Source of the DNA: an uncultured Candidatus Poseidoniales archaeon
GTDB taxonomy: Archaea > Thermoplasmatota > Poseidoniia > Poseidoniales > CAYMED01
Assembly: GCA_964389655.1 (NCBI GenBank)
Contig: CAYMED010000002.1
Coordinates: 32,001 to 96,000 of the forward strand
DNA length: 64,000 nucleotides
Reading direction: 5' to 3'
The translations under genes and the position numbers were made by a program. The notes beneath the pieces were generated by a model that had not been told where the DNA came from, made no database searches, and saw only the letters and a program-made list of their open reading frames with translations. Below, piece after piece: positions 19,182 to 29,506 of this stretch; within the stretch, counting starts at the first letter, position 1; each line of letters begins with the position of its first letter.

Positions 19182-20222
19182 TCACAATGCCTCAAAAGCT
19201 TTGATTGTTCGAATGATGTCCTCGTCTGTAATATGCAAATGAATAACAGCACGAACTGCATTTTCTCCAACAATTAGGACATCAACCGCCTGTGATTCTA
19301 ATCCTTTTAGCACCACTTCAGCTTCAATATTTGCATGAATGTATATCATATTGGTTTGGACACTATTCAAATCGACAGTAAATTTCTCCATTGCATTTAC
19401 TGCCTCTGCCAAATGACGAGCTCGAGAATGATCTTTAGCCAATCTTTCAATATTATTTTCAAGAGCATAGATACCAGCAGCAGCAATAATTCCTGCTTGG
19501 CGCATACCCCCACCAAACATTTTCCTCCATCTATGTGCTTCTGCAATAAATTCAGTTGAACCGAGGAGAACACTTCCTACTGGTGCTCCTAGCCCCTTTG
19601 AAAGACAAATTGAGATTGAGTCGTAATCACGGACAATGCGAGCGGGATCAGTTCTTGTAGCAACTGCAGCATTGAATAGACGTGCTCCATCCATGTGTGC
19701 TACACAATCTGAATCATGTGCTATTTTGGCGATCGCATCTAATGTTGCTAGTGGGTAGCAAGTTCCCCCACCTCTATTTGATGTATTTTCAACACAGACT
19801 AATGTGCCATTAGGATAGTGCCCAAGACTTCCCTCCTCTTTTCGAATTGCCTTACCTACGTCAGTAGGGTCCATAATTCCGAGTGCCCCGGAAACCAAGG
19901 CAATTGAGCAACCAGAGAGTGCAGCGTAACCGCCGCCCTCGTAGACATAGATGTGGCTGGTGCTTTCTGTAATAATTTCATCTCCTGGATTGGTATGTGC
20001 CCGAATAGCCACGGCATTTGACATCGTACCACTTGAAACAAATAATCCCGCCTCTTTTCCCAGCATACTTGCCAATTTCCTTTGTAATTCTTGTACTGTC
20101 GGATCATCTCCTAAAACATCATCACCAACAATGGCGTCTCGCATTAGATCTCGCATGGCCATTGTTGGTTGAGTCACTGTGTCACTTCGCAGGTCAACAC
20201 GGTCCGAAGGAAACTCATCCAT
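19182..20222 (-). CDS. ltaE: Low-specificity L-threonine aldolase
   Basis: DLRSDTVT, SGTMSN, HIYVYEGG, ENTSN, HMDGARLFNA, CLSKGLGAPVGS (PLP lysine) and GGGMRQAG. Start at ATG 20222. Confidence 0.93.
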   Translation of the reverse strand: MDEFPSDRVDLRSDTVTQPTMAMRDLMRDAIVGDDVLGDDPTVQELQRKLASMLGKEAGLFVSSGTMSNAVAIRAHTNPGDEIITESTSHIYVYEGGGYAALSGCSIALVSGALGIMDPTDVGKAIRKEEGSLGHYPNGTLVCVENTSNRGGGTCYPLATLDAIAKIAHDSDCVAHMDGARLFNAAVATRTDPARIVRDYDSISICLSKGLGAPVGSVLLGSTEFIAEAHRWRKMFGGGMRQAGIIAAAGIYALENNIERLAKDHSRARHLAEAVNAMEKFTVDLNSVQTNMIYIHANIEAEVVLKGLESQAVDVLIVGENAVRAVIHLHITDEDIIRTIKAFEAL

Positions 20223-20335
20223 ATGCACTAGCAGTGGGCCTCTGCACTTAGCATTCATGTGAACAGATCTAGATATTCTCTCGACCCGATCGTTGATAAG
20301 CCACCGCCATCGATAAGGCGACTCGGTTGTTCGGA

Positions 20336-23300
20336 ATGAGAATCACCGCGGAAGTGGAAGAGGTCGCAGCAAAGCCCCCTATGTGGCTTATTGAACGACT
20401 TCTAATGTCCTGGAAAGGGAGTTCAGGTGATGATGGCATTCTAGTTCTTGCTCCAAGTTCAGTGGCCCGTCGCACATTTCTCAGACATCTGATAGAAATG
20501 AATCATGGTGCCCCAATTGATCCAACAAGCGTTTTGACTATTGGTGGGTTAATTCATCGCCTTTCCCTTGATTTCGACTTACTCATATCTGATCATTCAT
20601 CCACAATTGATGAAGCCATCCAGCGCCATATTTCTTCGAAAACCGGCGATCAAATGGACCTCTCATGGTCCCGCTCCCATACGTTTCAAATAATGCAATT
20701 GCTAGATGCTTGTATACGTCATGATGCTGAAATTCCAGATGAGTGGCAATCAATAACATCTGAAATTTCTAGCCAAAGAATGAGAATTGAGGAGGTGACG
20801 GGACTTGTTCATCCAATTGATGCAATAAGTCGTATCATCAATTATTTGCGGTCAGATGATCCCCCGTTTAGTTTGAAGATTATTTCAGGGATTGTGATGT
20901 TACCCCATTCCCCTGACTTGTTAGGTGAATCCATCAAGTTACTTGATGAAATATCCCATCACCTCCCAATTCATCAGATTCTTCACCATGGTTCTATGGT
21001 TCTGGGAACGTCAGGGTGGGTGCACCCAAATTCAGAAATTATCGGGGAAGGCCAAGATCGGCCACAGTGGTTAGGGGGACAAGTCAATTTTCATCCACAA
21101 AATCTCTTGACTCCAATATTGATTCAAGTCCCTACACCCCATTCAGAAATTGAAGCAGCAATCTCTGCTGCAGTTACTCATATTGAGGGGGGTGGGGGTG
21201 AAGTCACGTTTGTCGATCCCCTTGCGCATAATCGCTCGGATATTTGGGAATCATCCTTACGAGGAGCACACATGTTAATCGATGAATCAAGACCTAATAT
21301 AAACCGAGCAATAAATTGTTTGAAAGATCTTTTTTTTCTGGCACACGCCCCTGATGCGTGGTCTGCTCGAAGATTATCTGCTTTTGCCAGTCAAAGCATC
21401 TTTACGATTGACTGGTCAAAAATTTGCGACAATGCAGCTAGTCTAGACGCTGATTTGATCATGAAATTAGGTGCAAGTGGACACATGATTGGGGGGCCCG
21501 GTGAGATTTCACGATGGGTCAATCGTCTAAGCCATCCAATTTCTTCTTCAAGAGATGATTCAGAAGCTAGATCCAAAACGCAACACGCCCTTATCCAATT
21601 AGGTAGGGTGTTGTATCCATTTTTGCATCCAGAAGACAAAATATTCCTCACGCCCTTATTACACCAATGGCCCCTTCCTCAAACACCCCGTGAGTCATTG
21701 GACCAACTTTTCATGATAGTCAAAGTTCCACCTGATACTTTTGCTAGTCTTGAATCCATACGCGAGCATCTCGATAAAGCGAGATCTATTGATGAAATAG
21801 TGGGAAATGAAATATTGATCGATCCAGAACAATGGTTATTTCGTTTTGAATATCTAATCCCTCCACCCCCCTCATCACTTCCAGTTATGACACCCTCTGA
21901 AGCGGTTGGTCTGAAAACCGACCTTACAATTGTAGTTGGTCTATCGAGTCAAGCATGGCCAATCCATCCACCTAGTATTCCACTTGTAGACACTAATTTG
22001 ATGCATCGGTTCGGTTTTCCGGGTCCCGAGAGAACACTTTCAGGCCATCGATTTTATTTTTCTTCCCTTGCAACTTCAGGAGAAAATGTGATTTTAATCG
22101 ATCCAACGGGTTGCCCCCATACATACCCATGCTTTCCTCTACACGAACAATATGATGCGATTAAATCATCAAAATCCCCTCTTCCTGCAACATTTTCAGC
22201 AAGTTCAGCATTTCCCAAAAATGAAGAATCCCTCATCCATTATCGTGTATGGGGCGAGGGGGAGTATCCCAACCCCATGGGATTTGACGAAGCCCACCAA
22301 CGCCAACGAACAGGCCTCTCACTACGAGGGGAAGGGCCAGTTATTGGGTCTATTATTGATCCATTAGCAGCCTCAATTGGGTTTGATGCTGAGATAATCC
22401 ATAATCGTTCGGGCCACCGAAGTCGTGATCCAGAAATTGATGGAATATTCCTCCATCCAAACCGGCATTCTGAAATTATTGGACTTGACAATATTCATCT
22501 AAGCCCCCGTATTAATTCAGCCCAACATCACCTCCTTGAAGGTAGAATATTTGGTGGTAATTCCCAATATCGGGTATCCGGGATTTCAGCAGACGGAAAA
22601 GAAGGAGCAAGCAAAGACCCCCGTCCTTTAGATCCTAATCCAACTGGATTCAAGGCACATGACCTCCGACAAGGACCATCTTTTCACCCACCTTATCCTA
22701 AATATTGGTCTTCAAGTCGTTTGGACTTATGGGCCGAATGCCCGCGTCGTGCTTGGTTAGAAACAGTTCTCGGTGCGCGGCAAAAAGAAAATGTGTCTGA
22801 GATAATTTCTCCGCGTGAAGTTGGTATATTGGTCCATGATGTATGGGCAAATTACCTCTCCGATCAACTACACGTTAAAGTTGGAAACTCAAGAACCACC
22901 TTTGATCCTCCTTCTCTTTCAGAAGTTGCCTTAGCAAGAGGCACCACAATTGAAGAGATGCAAGGTGAACTCGTGCACCGTCTATTCACTCGTGCGCCCT
23001 GGCTTATCCGCCAAGATGCAAGCGCGAGCACCGCTAGAATGAACTTAATTGGTCCTCTCACGAATGATGTTTCCTCCCTTATCGAAAAATCAAGCCCCCT
23101 TCCTCCTCTAGGAATGCTGGGGACTCTTCTAAAATCAGAACTTCGTTTGGGAAAACACGCAATTCTTGGGCTAGAAATCAGAATATCTGGTAAAGAAATG
23201 AAATGGATGGATGGGTTTTCTATCCCTTTCAAGGGTATTATTGATCGTGTAGATATAATCCCAAACAACCATGGTTCTTTCATCAACCATGGCGCTCCAA

Positions 23301-23815
23301 AAGAGATTGTTCCCCTCCACATACCTGTCCATTTAGTGAATGCACGCCGATGGATTATCATCCGAGATACAAAATTAGTTTGGTCTGAAAAAAGAACAAG
23401 AAATGGCGAACGTCACAAACGATCGATTCACCAAAGTTTGCAACTAGCCGCCTATGCGCGCGCTTGGGAATGTTCTCACCCAGGGGATATTGTAGTGGGT
23501 GTTGGCATTACTGAAATATCAACCCAATCTGACCATCATCTCACCCATAGTTTAGATGCAATAGACAGCATTGCAGACCTCGGGATGCCATATACTGGGC
23601 ATTTTGACACCCTACATGCCCCTTCAGATAAATTGACAGATTCGTTTAGACTTTGGCTTTCAGATCGTGTTAAGACTGCCCTAAATATCACAGACGCAGC
23701 AAGTGATGGCCGAATAATTCCTACTCCTTCAAAGCAAGTTTGTCGTTTTTGTCGCGTATCTGATGCTTGTGACTTGTACCCTTTGTTCACCCAGGGGGTA
23801 GATATTTGGAATTGA
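20336..23815 (+). CDS. AddB/AdnA-like subunit: degenerate helicase-like N-terminus plus PD-(D/E)xK RecB-family nuclease with Fe-S cysteines
   Basis: WSSSRLDLWAECPRRAW, GILVHDV, FKGIIDRVD, IRDTK, LQLAAY and CRFCRVSDAC. No intact Walker A. Overlaps the start of the next gene. Confidence 0.8.
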   Translation: MRITAEVEEVAAKPPMWLIERLLMSWKGSSGDDGILVLAPSSVARRTFLRHLIEMNHGAPIDPTSVLTIGGLIHRLSLDFDLLISDHSSTIDEAIQRHISSKTGDQMDLSWSRSHTFQIMQLLDACIRHDAEIPDEWQSITSEISSQRMRIEEVTGLVHPIDAISRIINYLRSDDPPFSLKIISGIVMLPHSPDLLGESIKLLDEISHHLPIHQILHHGSMVLGTSGWVHPNSEIIGEGQDRPQWLGGQVNFHPQNLLTPILIQVPTPHSEIEAAISAAVTHIEGGGGEVTFVDPLAHNRSDIWESSLRGAHMLIDESRPNINRAINCLKDLFFLAHAPDAWSARRLSAFASQSIFTIDWSKICDNAASLDADLIMKLGASGHMIGGPGEISRWVNRLSHPISSSRDDSEARSKTQHALIQLGRVLYPFLHPEDKIFLTPLLHQWPLPQTPRESLDQLFMIVKVPPDTFASLESIREHLDKARSIDEIVGNEILIDPEQWLFRFEYLIPPPPSSLPVMTPSEAVGLKTDLTIVVGLSSQAWPIHPPSIPLVDTNLMHRFGFPGPERTLSGHRFYFSSLATSGENVILIDPTGCPHTYPCFPLHEQYDAIKSSKSPLPATFSASSAFPKNEESLIHYRVWGEGEYPNPMGFDEAHQRQRTGLSLRGEGPVIGSIIDPLAASIGFDAEIIHNRSGHRSRDPEIDGIFLHPNRHSEIIGLDNIHLSPRINSAQHHLLEGRIFGGNSQYRVSGISADGKEGASKDPRPLDPNPTGFKAHDLRQGPSFHPPYPKYWSSSRLDLWAECPRRAWLETVLGARQKENVSEIISPREVGILVHDVWANYLSDQLHVKVGNSRTTFDPPSLSEVALARGTTIEEMQGELVHRLFTRAPWLIRQDASASTARMNLIGPLTNDVSSLIEKSSPLPPLGMLGTLLKSELRLGKHAILGLEIRISGKEMKWMDGFSIPFKGIIDRVDIIPNNHGSFINHGAPKEIVPLHIPVHLVNARRWIIIRDTKLVWSEKRTRNGERHKRSIHQSLQLAAYARAWECSHPGDIVVGVGITEISTQSDHHLTHSLDAIDSIADLGMPYTGHFDTLHAPSDKLTDSFRLWLSDRVKTALNITDAASDGRIIPTPSKQVCRFCRVSDACDLYPLFTQGVDIWN

Positions 23816-26800
23816 ATATTGGACAACAACTTGGTCTTGACCTTGATCGGCACCTAGTGCTAGATGCTGGTGCTGGAACTGGAAAAACAACTGTGATGGC
23901 CGAACGCTACGTCGAACATATCCTTGATCCATTACAACGTGCAGCATTAGTAACACATCGCTTAACAGAAGATGGAAAACTCCTACGTCATTGGAATGAT
24001 TGGGCGGCCTTGCTACCTGATGAAATTGTTGCAATAACATTCACAAATGACGCATCAGAATCTCTTCGGCATAGGATAAGGCAATCATTAATGGAGCGAT
24101 GTGACCTACCAGACCCGAGAATTGTTGGAAATGATGCAAAAAGAAACCTTCTTTCAAAGCTTGAACAAGCTCCAATTGGGACAATTGATTCTTTCCTTCA
24201 CCGACTTGTTAAGCCCTGGTTTGGAATATTAGGAAGCGCACCGTCCTCTTCACAAATATCCGATGAAAGCAGGGTTTTGCTCGCAGCAGAAGTGCGAGAT
24301 ACAGCGTTACGCATCCGGCACCCTTCGGAAGGCTCATCCATTGGTCTCTCGCATCAAGAAACGTCTAATTTACTACGTATACGAACGCGCTTATCCCGTC
24401 TACTTGGCGGTCGGCGTGGTCTTGTTTCCGTAATTGAAGTCTTACGCAGCCAATCTCAATTTGTATGGGAAGTAGAAGCAAAAATGCGACAACAAAGCGG
24501 GCGAAGCCTTCAGGGCTTGCAAGTTTCAGACCTCCGCGAGATTATCCTTGCACCAGTCTCAGCCCATATCAAAGAAAGTGCCACTTTACTTCATAAAGAG
24601 ATTCAGATTTTCGTTGACCTTCTTCGAGAACCAGAAGTGTGGTCTCGCCTCAAAATCGGTGATGCGGAAAATGAATCTAGAATCATTGCTTTGTTAACTC
24701 TGGAGGATCAAGCCCCCCCCCCTGATCAATGGTCATCTCTTCTTTGGTGTGGTGAGTTGGTCAGGGCACTGACTTCACAATCAAATTGGAATAAGCGCAA
24801 ATTGGAACCTTTTTCTCGTGGCTGGATCCCCCATTCATCAACAGGATGGGTGCGCGGCTGCAATGCTTTAGGAAATCTTGGTAAAAGTCAAGCGATGCAA
24901 CGATTTTTCTCTGAAATCCGAAATTCATTGAATAGAATCACTGAATTATTTTCAAATCCACAAATATTTCATGTTATACAGCAAGCACGTGATGCAGTAG
25001 ACCTTGAACCAGAGAACACACCTAAATGGCTCCATAAAGATTTGACATCGACTTCTTTTAATGAACCATTAACATCTTCACCACCGTTGAATCCATTGCC
25101 ATCTCCACAACTTTTGATTCAGAACTTAGTAGACCTTTCTGACCTCGCCCGCATACTGTCAAAAATTGAGAATCACGTGAAACAATTGCGCTTGCTAAGA
25201 GACCATGATGATATTACACGCATGGCATCTGATCTCTTGCTTGTCAAATGCCCTCGCAATTCAGATTACCTTCCCCCCTCTGTTCAAGCACGCCTCGATG
25301 AGCCAGGTGAACCATGGACTGATACGCACATTCACGAATCAATTATGATTGCTAAATCTCTCGGCGACGAAAAAGCAGTTCATAGATTATCGAAAGGCGT
25401 TGAGAGGTTATACTCCATCCGCGCCAAATTCCGCGCATTTATCATTGATGAATTCCAAGACACTTCCCCGCAACAATGGAGAATATTAGGCAGGCTATGG
25501 GGTCCAATTTCTCAAGATAATAGCGCATTGATTTGGCGCCCTACAGTAACTTTTGTTGGAGATGCGAAACAATCGATTTATCGTTTCCGCCAGGCACAAG
25601 TAACTGTCATGTCTCAAGCAACAGAGATTGTTCAGGCTGCAAATTTGCATGAACGTTCACACCACCCATTACTAACTCATTTTGATCCAACATCTTCTCG
25701 TGATCCTCGGCCTCAAGAGGTACGTCATCCAAATACGTCAATTCCTTCATCTAAAGGCGCTTTCCGCCCAGCGAATGAATCTGTAACTGAAGTAACGGGA
25801 ATTGTGAACTTTGGAGATGGTTTGGAAAAAGGAGATGACCGCTCATGGGCACGCCGACAGGCTGGAACAATCTCTTTGGATATCAATCATCGCACTTCTG
25901 GAAGATTGTTACGTACGATTGATCGAATTTTTTCGAGTGTATTTAGCCCATTCCACCATCAAACCCCAGGAGATTGGTATGCTCGCCCCCAGGGGCTTTA
26001 TCCATCACCGCAAACAGAAAACAACCCCTCATCTCTTGAGTGGCTAGTCCCCCTTCCATCACCCCCTCGAAAGCCCCTTCCATTGGGCGAGATTCGCACC
26101 ACAGTCCCTCCTCCAAGCAATATGAGGGAGATGGAACACGAACTTATTGCTGCAAGAATTCAGTCTCTATTGAATCAAGATGAATCATCTCTTGGCACTG
26201 ATGATGCAACACTACAACCCTCAGATTTCATGATTTTAACGACATCTCGCACACATCTTCCTGATCTGATGTCCCGTTTGCGTGCATATGGAATTCCATC
26301 TCAGGCAGATACACTTGGTCGCCTTGATAGGAGACCGGTTGCCCGCGCTTTACTCAGCCTTCTTTCCCTTCTTGGAGACCCAAAAGACCGTCTTGCTGCA
26401 GCTGCATTTGCAAGGTCCCCAATTGTTGGAATGGCCGAATCAGACTTTGAGCAATTCATTCTTTCAACTACAGATGAGGACGACCTTCTAGATGCGTTAG
26501 CTAAGTGCTACGATAATCAGCCTAAAGGCAACCTTCTTGGCAGGTTGTCATCTCTTCGCAGCACGCCTATATCGTCACTAGAAATAGCTCTTCGACATAG
26601 TGACTTGATGGTATCATATCCCGATGCAGAGGCGCTCTCAGATGGGTTTCAATTGCTTGAAGTTCTTCAGAAGTTGGTAGAGGATAATGCAACCGATGCT
26701 GCAACATTGTCGAGTAGGATGCGAGAAATCAGGATGTCATCTGCAAAACTGTATACCCCAACATCATCCCTCGCCAATGCAGTTAGGGTGATGACAGTTC

Positions 26801-28533
26801 ATAGCTCAAAGGGATTAGAATCGAGGGTTGTAATCTTGTCGGGCTTATTTCGTCAAGCGTCAGCTTCAGTGAATCTTGAAACACGCCCCGGTCTCTTAGT
26901 CTCTCCCGAATCTTTGGCATTACGAATGCACCCTTGGGCAGATCAAAAATCTTCGATAGAAGGGCCCCTTTGGCACCATACCAAGAGGATATCTTCTGCG
27001 CAAATAGCGGCAGAAGAACGCCGTTTGCTCTATGTTGCCGCCACTCGTGTCCGTGAACGTCTGATTATATCAGGCGCCCCAAAAGGGACTTTCATGGATA
27101 AAGAGGGTGCATTATGTCTTCCAATTGATATGCAAAACAAACCAAATTTGGGGCAGATGCTTCTTCACGCGATTCAATCAACAGCATTGGATGATAGTCC
27201 TTGGAAAGCGGTGCCTGTAGTTCAGCGCTCTAGCAAAATAATATCAAGTGCGTGGGCTACAAAGGAAAATACACGTACTTGCCTCCGCCTCAACATATCA
27301 TCCCTTTCAAGAAATTCGGGTTTCCCGGCAGATGAAGTGAAATCCGTATCTGTCTTTCATAGCCCAGGTGAATTGGGCTCGCGTATTAAGTCAGATCCAC
27401 TTCATTTAGCAAAGGCAGTTGATGAGAGAGCCCACAATGCCTCAAAAATACCTTTACAATCCCCAATAAAACGCCTACCGAGGCCCCGGCAGATTGTTAT
27501 TCATCCTTCTTCATTTGATTCCATCTCGATTTGTCCTCGGAGAAAATGGCTAGATCGCGTCCATTATCCATTGCCTCAAAATGGCATTATTCGTATGGCA
27601 ATTAGGCAGAGGTCAGAATATGCTGGATTAGCAGCAAACCGGTTAGGTGACATCATTCACCGTCTTCTTGAAATTGGTCTTGGTCTTACCAAACCCGCTG
27701 ATTCTCTGACGCCCTTGCCCCCTAGTTGGGACCTAAAAAACCCTTTTTGCGTTGACAGTCCAGAAACAATTAGACGAGCAATTCCGGGCGATTTATCATC
27801 TTCAGCAACCGCCACGGCCAATCGATTGGTTCCTCTTATTGCCAATGCATTGGCAACAGGTAATCTTGGCAATTGGTGTAAAGGAAAATCGATGGGTGGG
27901 TGGCGAATTCAGGGAATGAGGACCGAATGGCCTTTTCAACAAATTTGGGACCACGAACCAAAATTTACCGATCATGTTGAGGTTTGGAGTCCATTTGGGC
28001 CACGCAAGGTTGGCTCACCCACTTTGAAACTTGAGGTAACAGGTCGTTGCGACCTTGTTCTAGCTTTGCAGCATGAAGATGGTCGGGAGGCGTGGTTGCC
28101 GCTGGACCTAAAGACAGATGGTTCTCTTAATCATACAACTAGTGAATCTCTACGTGCAACTGCAAAGTCTTCTGAAATGTTTCCGGTTAGTTCTACTGAA
28201 AATGAAATTTTGTTTTCTCACCGCCTTCAATTGGCCTCTTACCGTCGCATCCTCAAAAATTGGTCTAAATCACGCCACAGCAACGTTCGAGATGTATTGC
28301 CGGGAGGCATCATTATCGGTACGAGTGGGCGAATTGTCTGCATGACGGATGTTGAAGCAAAACAAGCGGAAGATGACTTAGGCCCAATGCTTGAAAACCT
28401 TGTCGCTGCAGAATTCCTACCCAAGGAAAACAATGTTCTTGCTAAACGTCTTTCGACTGACCATGCACGCGTGTGCAATTCCTGCCCACACTATCTGTCC
28501 GGAATCTGTGGTCCAACAGATTCAGATAGTTAA
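23806..28533 (+). CDS. AddA/AdnB-like UvrD (SF1A) helicase fused to RecB-family nuclease
   Basis: Q motif, AGAGTGKT, AITFTN, TIDSF, IIDEFQDTS, VGDAKQSIYRFR, INHRT, MTVHSSKGLE and EERRLLYVAATR. Nuclease motifs GRCDLV, DLKT and QLASY. Confidence 0.9.
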   Translation: MELNIGQQLGLDLDRHLVLDAGAGTGKTTVMAERYVEHILDPLQRAALVTHRLTEDGKLLRHWNDWAALLPDEIVAITFTNDASESLRHRIRQSLMERCDLPDPRIVGNDAKRNLLSKLEQAPIGTIDSFLHRLVKPWFGILGSAPSSSQISDESRVLLAAEVRDTALRIRHPSEGSSIGLSHQETSNLLRIRTRLSRLLGGRRGLVSVIEVLRSQSQFVWEVEAKMRQQSGRSLQGLQVSDLREIILAPVSAHIKESATLLHKEIQIFVDLLREPEVWSRLKIGDAENESRIIALLTLEDQAPPPDQWSSLLWCGELVRALTSQSNWNKRKLEPFSRGWIPHSSTGWVRGCNALGNLGKSQAMQRFFSEIRNSLNRITELFSNPQIFHVIQQARDAVDLEPENTPKWLHKDLTSTSFNEPLTSSPPLNPLPSPQLLIQNLVDLSDLARILSKIENHVKQLRLLRDHDDITRMASDLLLVKCPRNSDYLPPSVQARLDEPGEPWTDTHIHESIMIAKSLGDEKAVHRLSKGVERLYSIRAKFRAFIIDEFQDTSPQQWRILGRLWGPISQDNSALIWRPTVTFVGDAKQSIYRFRQAQVTVMSQATEIVQAANLHERSHHPLLTHFDPTSSRDPRPQEVRHPNTSIPSSKGAFRPANESVTEVTGIVNFGDGLEKGDDRSWARRQAGTISLDINHRTSGRLLRTIDRIFSSVFSPFHHQTPGDWYARPQGLYPSPQTENNPSSLEWLVPLPSPPRKPLPLGEIRTTVPPPSNMREMEHELIAARIQSLLNQDESSLGTDDATLQPSDFMILTTSRTHLPDLMSRLRAYGIPSQADTLGRLDRRPVARALLSLLSLLGDPKDRLAAAAFARSPIVGMAESDFEQFILSTTDEDDLLDALAKCYDNQPKGNLLGRLSSLRSTPISSLEIALRHSDLMVSYPDAEALSDGFQLLEVLQKLVEDNATDAATLSSRMREIRMSSAKLYTPTSSLANAVRVMTVHSSKGLESRVVILSGLFRQASASVNLETRPGLLVSPESLALRMHPWADQKSSIEGPLWHHTKRISSAQIAAEERRLLYVAATRVRERLIISGAPKGTFMDKEGALCLPIDMQNKPNLGQMLLHAIQSTALDDSPWKAVPVVQRSSKIISSAWATKENTRTCLRLNISSLSRNSGFPADEVKSVSVFHSPGELGSRIKSDPLHLAKAVDERAHNASKIPLQSPIKRLPRPRQIVIHPSSFDSISICPRRKWLDRVHYPLPQNGIIRMAIRQRSEYAGLAANRLGDIIHRLLEIGLGLTKPADSLTPLPPSWDLKNPFCVDSPETIRRAIPGDLSSSATATANRLVPLIANALATGNLGNWCKGKSMGGWRIQGMRTEWPFQQIWDHEPKFTDHVEVWSPFGPRKVGSPTLKLEVTGRCDLVLALQHEDGREAWLPLDLKTDGSLNHTTSESLRATAKSSEMFPVSSTENEILFSHRLQLASYRRILKNWSKSRHSNVRDVLPGGIIIGTSGRIVCMTDVEAKQAEDDLGPMLENLVAAEFLPKENNVLAKRLSTDHARVCNSCPHYLSGICGPTDSDS

Positions 28534-28621
28534 GTGATTATTGCAAGTGTCCGTCCCCCTTATTTGATGGAAAGGGATCTGATAATCAAGGAGATACATC
28601 TGATATTTCACGGCGTCAGGT

Positions 28622-29500
28622 CTATTCATCTCTACCTGCCGTTTTCTTTCTTGCATATAGTACGAGGTTTGTGCCGTGTCGCTTACGGATGTCAAGAATC
28701 TGCATCATTCTCCAGAAAATCCAGGTCGTTGATTCAAACAGCATTTTCACAAGGCTCAATGGCCGATGATACTTGATGTATGGGCGCCATATCCCAATTG
28801 AGTGGTATTGCGAGTTCTTCATCTCGGTGAACACTCTGATGGCCTCGAAACCGTTCTTCTCGAACATTTTTCGCAAACTCTTCCTATTGAATACATGAAT
28901 GTGTCGAGGTGGGTCGACACAGAACCATGGTCTTCAAATGAATCGGAAAAAATTCCGAATCCAACTCCCCTTTCCTTTTGAGATGTATTTTGACATCTAT
29001 CTCCATCCAAAATTTGCATTTGGTACTATTGTGGGAATAAGGCCCCCCGACTCGATTGATTTGGAGTGCATATAATCACAATTCCTCCATCCTTGATACC
29101 GGAATATATCGCCTTTGCAGTCTTCCCAGGGTCGGGCAAATGCTCAATTACGTGACTGCAATAGATAATGTCCCAATTGTCAATGCCCGCAACCTCTTCA
29201 GGTGAACAATTGTGAATTGTGATTTCGGAGGGAAGATGACCTTTAGCAAATTCACATACTTGCGGATCTATATCTGCAAATTCGGCTTTCAATCCCTGAT
29301 TATAGAACGCGCGAGTCATCATTCCAGACCCATCCCCCAGTCTAGTAACCGACCAGATGTCCCATCATCCGAATACGATTTGATGTTCCGAAGGATGAGT
29401 TTTGCATTTCGTTCAGACTCTCTCTCCACTGCCTATAATTTCGATTTTCGGTTAATGTATGAATCTCGGAGTAGCATCGACCATGCCATTTATTAATTAA
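28622..29500 (-). pseudogene. Degraded class I SAM-dependent methyltransferase (Methyltransf_23-like)
   Basis: Manual reading across frames: ...GRLLDWG [frameshift] GSGMMTRAFY...DIIYCSHVIEHLPDP...IICTPN [frameshift, two in-frame stops] RPWFCVDPPRHIHVFNRKSLRKMFEKNGF...NLVLYARK. This joins track ORFs 29026..29322 and 28622..28876. Confidence 0.75.
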
Positions 29501-29506
29501 CAAAAT

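Noticed and set aside
22740-23770. Cas4 or a CRISPR adaptation module suggested by the Fe-S PD-(D/E)xK domain
   Set aside because: The domain is the C-terminus of an approximately 1160-aa AddB-like protein paired with a UvrD helicase. No cas1 or array is present.
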